Positions 62,243 through 64,000 of a stretch of DNA of 64,000 nt are shown here, piece by piece. A program made the translations under genes and the position numbers. Below the pieces are notes generated by a model. That model saw only the letters and a list, made by a program, of their open reading frames with translations. It did not search any database and had not been told where the DNA came from. This DNA comes from an uncultured bacterium (lineage in GTDB: Bacteria > Krumholzibacteriota > Krumholzibacteriia > Krumholzibacteriales > Krumholzibacteriaceae), in NCBI GenBank assembly GCA_963813815.1, contig CAWFAD010000007.1:128001-192000 (forward strand), read 5' to 3'. Every line of letters begins with the position of its first letter. Within the stretch, counting starts at the first letter, position 1.

Positions 62243-63475
62243 TCAGCGGGATCGTCCGTCGAGGTAGTGTCCGAGCCGCCGAATGCCTTCGGCGATGCGT
62301 TCGATCGAGTTCGCGTACGATATGCGCAGATATCCTTCGGCGTTCTCCCCGAAATCGACGCCCGGCGCCACCGCCACGCCGCAGCGATCGAGCATGTCGA
62401 AGGCGAGTCGCATGGAATCGCCGTCCCTGTGGCGCGCATCCACGAGAAAATAGAACGCGCCTCGAGGCTCGACGGCGAAGCGCAGCCCGAGCTTGGGGAG
62501 CTCCTCCGCGAGGTAGCGGCGCCGCGCGTCGTACTCGAGCCTCATCTCCTCGATCTCGGGATGCGTTTCGGCGAGAGCGGCGATCCCCGCCTGCTGGACG
62601 AAGGAGTTCGCGCAGATGAAGAAATTCTGCTGGAGTATCTGGAGCCGGCGGATGTGCCGTTCCGGGGCGATCACCCAGCCGAGCCGCCACCCCGTCATGG
62701 CGTACCGTTTCGAGAAGCCGTTGAGGATGAACGCCCCGGGAGCGTACTCGAGAGCCGAATGCTCCCGTTCTCCGTAGACGAGGCCGTGATAGATCTCGTC
62801 GCTGATCACGGGGATGCCGAGATCGCAGATCTCACTGAGCGCGTTCGCCGGGATGAGCGTTCCGGCCGGGTTCGACGGCGAGTTGACGATAACCGCCTTC
62901 GTGCGGGGACCGATCGCGCGGCGTACCGCGGCCGGGTCGAGCTGAAAGCCCGCCCGTTCGTCCGTGGCCACGCGGCGCGGAACGCCCCTCAGGTATCGTA
63001 TGAAATTCGGATAGCAGGGGTATCCCGGGTCGCCGATGATGATTTCGTCCCCCGGCTCCTCGATGAGGAGCGACAGGACGAGGAGAAGCGCCGGCGAGGT
63101 TCCCATGGTCACGATGACCCGGCCGGGGGAGACGTTCGCCCCGTAGGAGGCCTCGTAGTGACGGGCGATCGCGGCGCGAAGCGCCGCTGCGCCCCGGCTG
63201 TCGGTATAGTGCGTATCGCCGCGCCGAAGGGCTTCTTCGGCCGCTCGCACGATGCGGGGGGGCGTCGGAAAATCCGGTTCGCCGATCTCGAGGTGCACGA
63301 TCGATCGCCCCTCGCGCTCGAGCTCGAGAGCGTGCTCGAGGACCTCCATGACGATGAACGGGCGGATGAGGCCCCCGCCGGTGTTCCCGGCGGGCGGGGC
63401 GTCGCGCCGTACGGCGGTGCGGCGCGCGGGGCGCGCGGCGGGCTTGCGTGGCTTTCTGGTGCGGCTCGCGCTCAT
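62243..63475 (-). CDS. PLP-dependent aminotransferase class I/II
   Basis: LEIGEPDF; NSPSNPAG; SDEIY; FSKRYAMTGWRLG; YLRISYA. Confidence 0.93.
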   Translation of the reverse strand: MSASRTRKPRKPAARPARRTAVRRDAPPAGNTGGGLIRPFIVMEVLEHALELEREGRSIVHLEIGEPDFPTPPRIVRAAEEALRRGDTHYTDSRGAAALRAAIARHYEASYGANVSPGRVIVTMGTSPALLLVLSLLIEEPGDEIIIGDPGYPCYPNFIRYLRGVPRRVATDERAGFQLDPAAVRRAIGPRTKAVIVNSPSNPAGTLIPANALSEICDLGIPVISDEIYHGLVYGEREHSALEYAPGAFILNGFSKRYAMTGWRLGWVIAPERHIRRLQILQQNFFICANSFVQQAGIAALAETHPEIEEMRLEYDARRRYLAEELPKLGLRFAVEPRGAFYFLVDARHRDGDSMRLAFDMLDRCGVAVAPGVDFGENAEGYLRISYANSIERIAEGIRRLGHYLDGRSR

Positions 63476-63508
63476 GTACTTACAACATATCGTCCGGAGT
63501 CCCGCGCG

Positions 63509-64000
63509 TCAACGACATCGTTCGGGGCGCGGCCCCGCCGGGCGGATGACGGCCACCGTCCAGTGCCTGCCGGTGACGCCGCGGTCGCGGCGATGGGAAA
63601 AGAAGAGCTCCGGGCTGCAGGAGGTGCAGAGACCCGAGGAGAGAATGCGGTTTCGCTCGAGCCCCCCGTCGAGGAGCGAGCGCACGATGAACGCCTCGAG
63701 GTCGAGGCGCCAGACCTTCCCGGCCGATCGTCGAACGGCGCGCGGAAAGCGCATCGCCTCTTCCCGGTCGACGGTGTAGCACCGCGCGCAGATGCCGGGG
63801 CCGATCGCCGCGACCGCGTACGACGGTTCGATGAGAAAGCGGTCGCGGAGCACGTCGATCGCGCGCTCGATGATGCCGCCACGCGCGCCCATCCGGCCGA
63901 CATGGAGGGCGGCGACGGCGCGTTCCGGCGGGGAGTAGATGACGACCGAGTAGCAATCGGCGGTGCTGATCGCGAGCGCGAGATTCGGGGTATCGGTCGC
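63509..64000 (-). CDS. PgeF/YfiH-family (laccase-like) protein, 5' end outside the window
   Basis: STADC..ALHVG..IGPGICARCYTV..LCTSC..FFSHRR. Confidence 0.85.
   Translation of the reverse strand, partial: ATDTPNLALAISTADCYSVVIYSPPERAVAALHVGRMGARGGIIERAIDVLRDRFLIEPSYAVAAIGPGICARCYTVDREEAMRFPRAVRRSAGKVWRLDLEAFIVRSLLDGGLERNRILSSGLCTSCSPELFFSHRRDRGVTGRHWTVAVIRPAGPRPERCR

Overview
High-GC, gene-dense bacterial chromosomal window. Gene content (PorV/PorQ-family barrel, T9SS/FlgD-Ig-type C-terminal domains, GWxTD proteins, TolC, system II cytochrome c maturation) suggests a diderm FCB-superphylum organism, possibly a Latescibacterota/Krumholzibacteriota-like candidate phylum (inference). Order of contents: (1) a cell-envelope block of TonB-dependent receptor, large secreted CTD-bearing protein, PorV/PorQ, GWxTD, ExbB/ExbD/ExbD/TonB, TolC-MacAB-type exporter, second GWxTD, Opp-type ABC transporter plus NlpC/P60; (2) a stand-alone outer-membrane barrel with a long leader; (3) radC-mreBCD-mrdA-rodA-lgt-comF; (4) fba-gap-pgk-tpiA-secG-tRNA-Leu; (5) rhomboid, amidohydrolase, DUF885-like protein, ResB/CcsA; (6) a second Opp-type ABC operon carrying an apparently exported or membrane-anchored beta-CASP nuclease; (7) nucleotide/sugar-handling enzymes; (8) two ECF sigma/anti-sigma cassettes with Spy/CpxP-like proteins. 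No CRISPR array, transposase or prophage was seen. Several genes carry single-base indels, and 1.5-3.3 kb is dense with them, which most likely reflects uncorrected long-read errors. The best candidates for undescribed systems are the Opp/beta-CASP operon (44.9-49.9 kb) and the TonB receptor/CTD cargo/PorV/GWxTD/ExbBD-TonB locus (0-8.3 kb). All calls come from motif recognition by eye; no searches were run.
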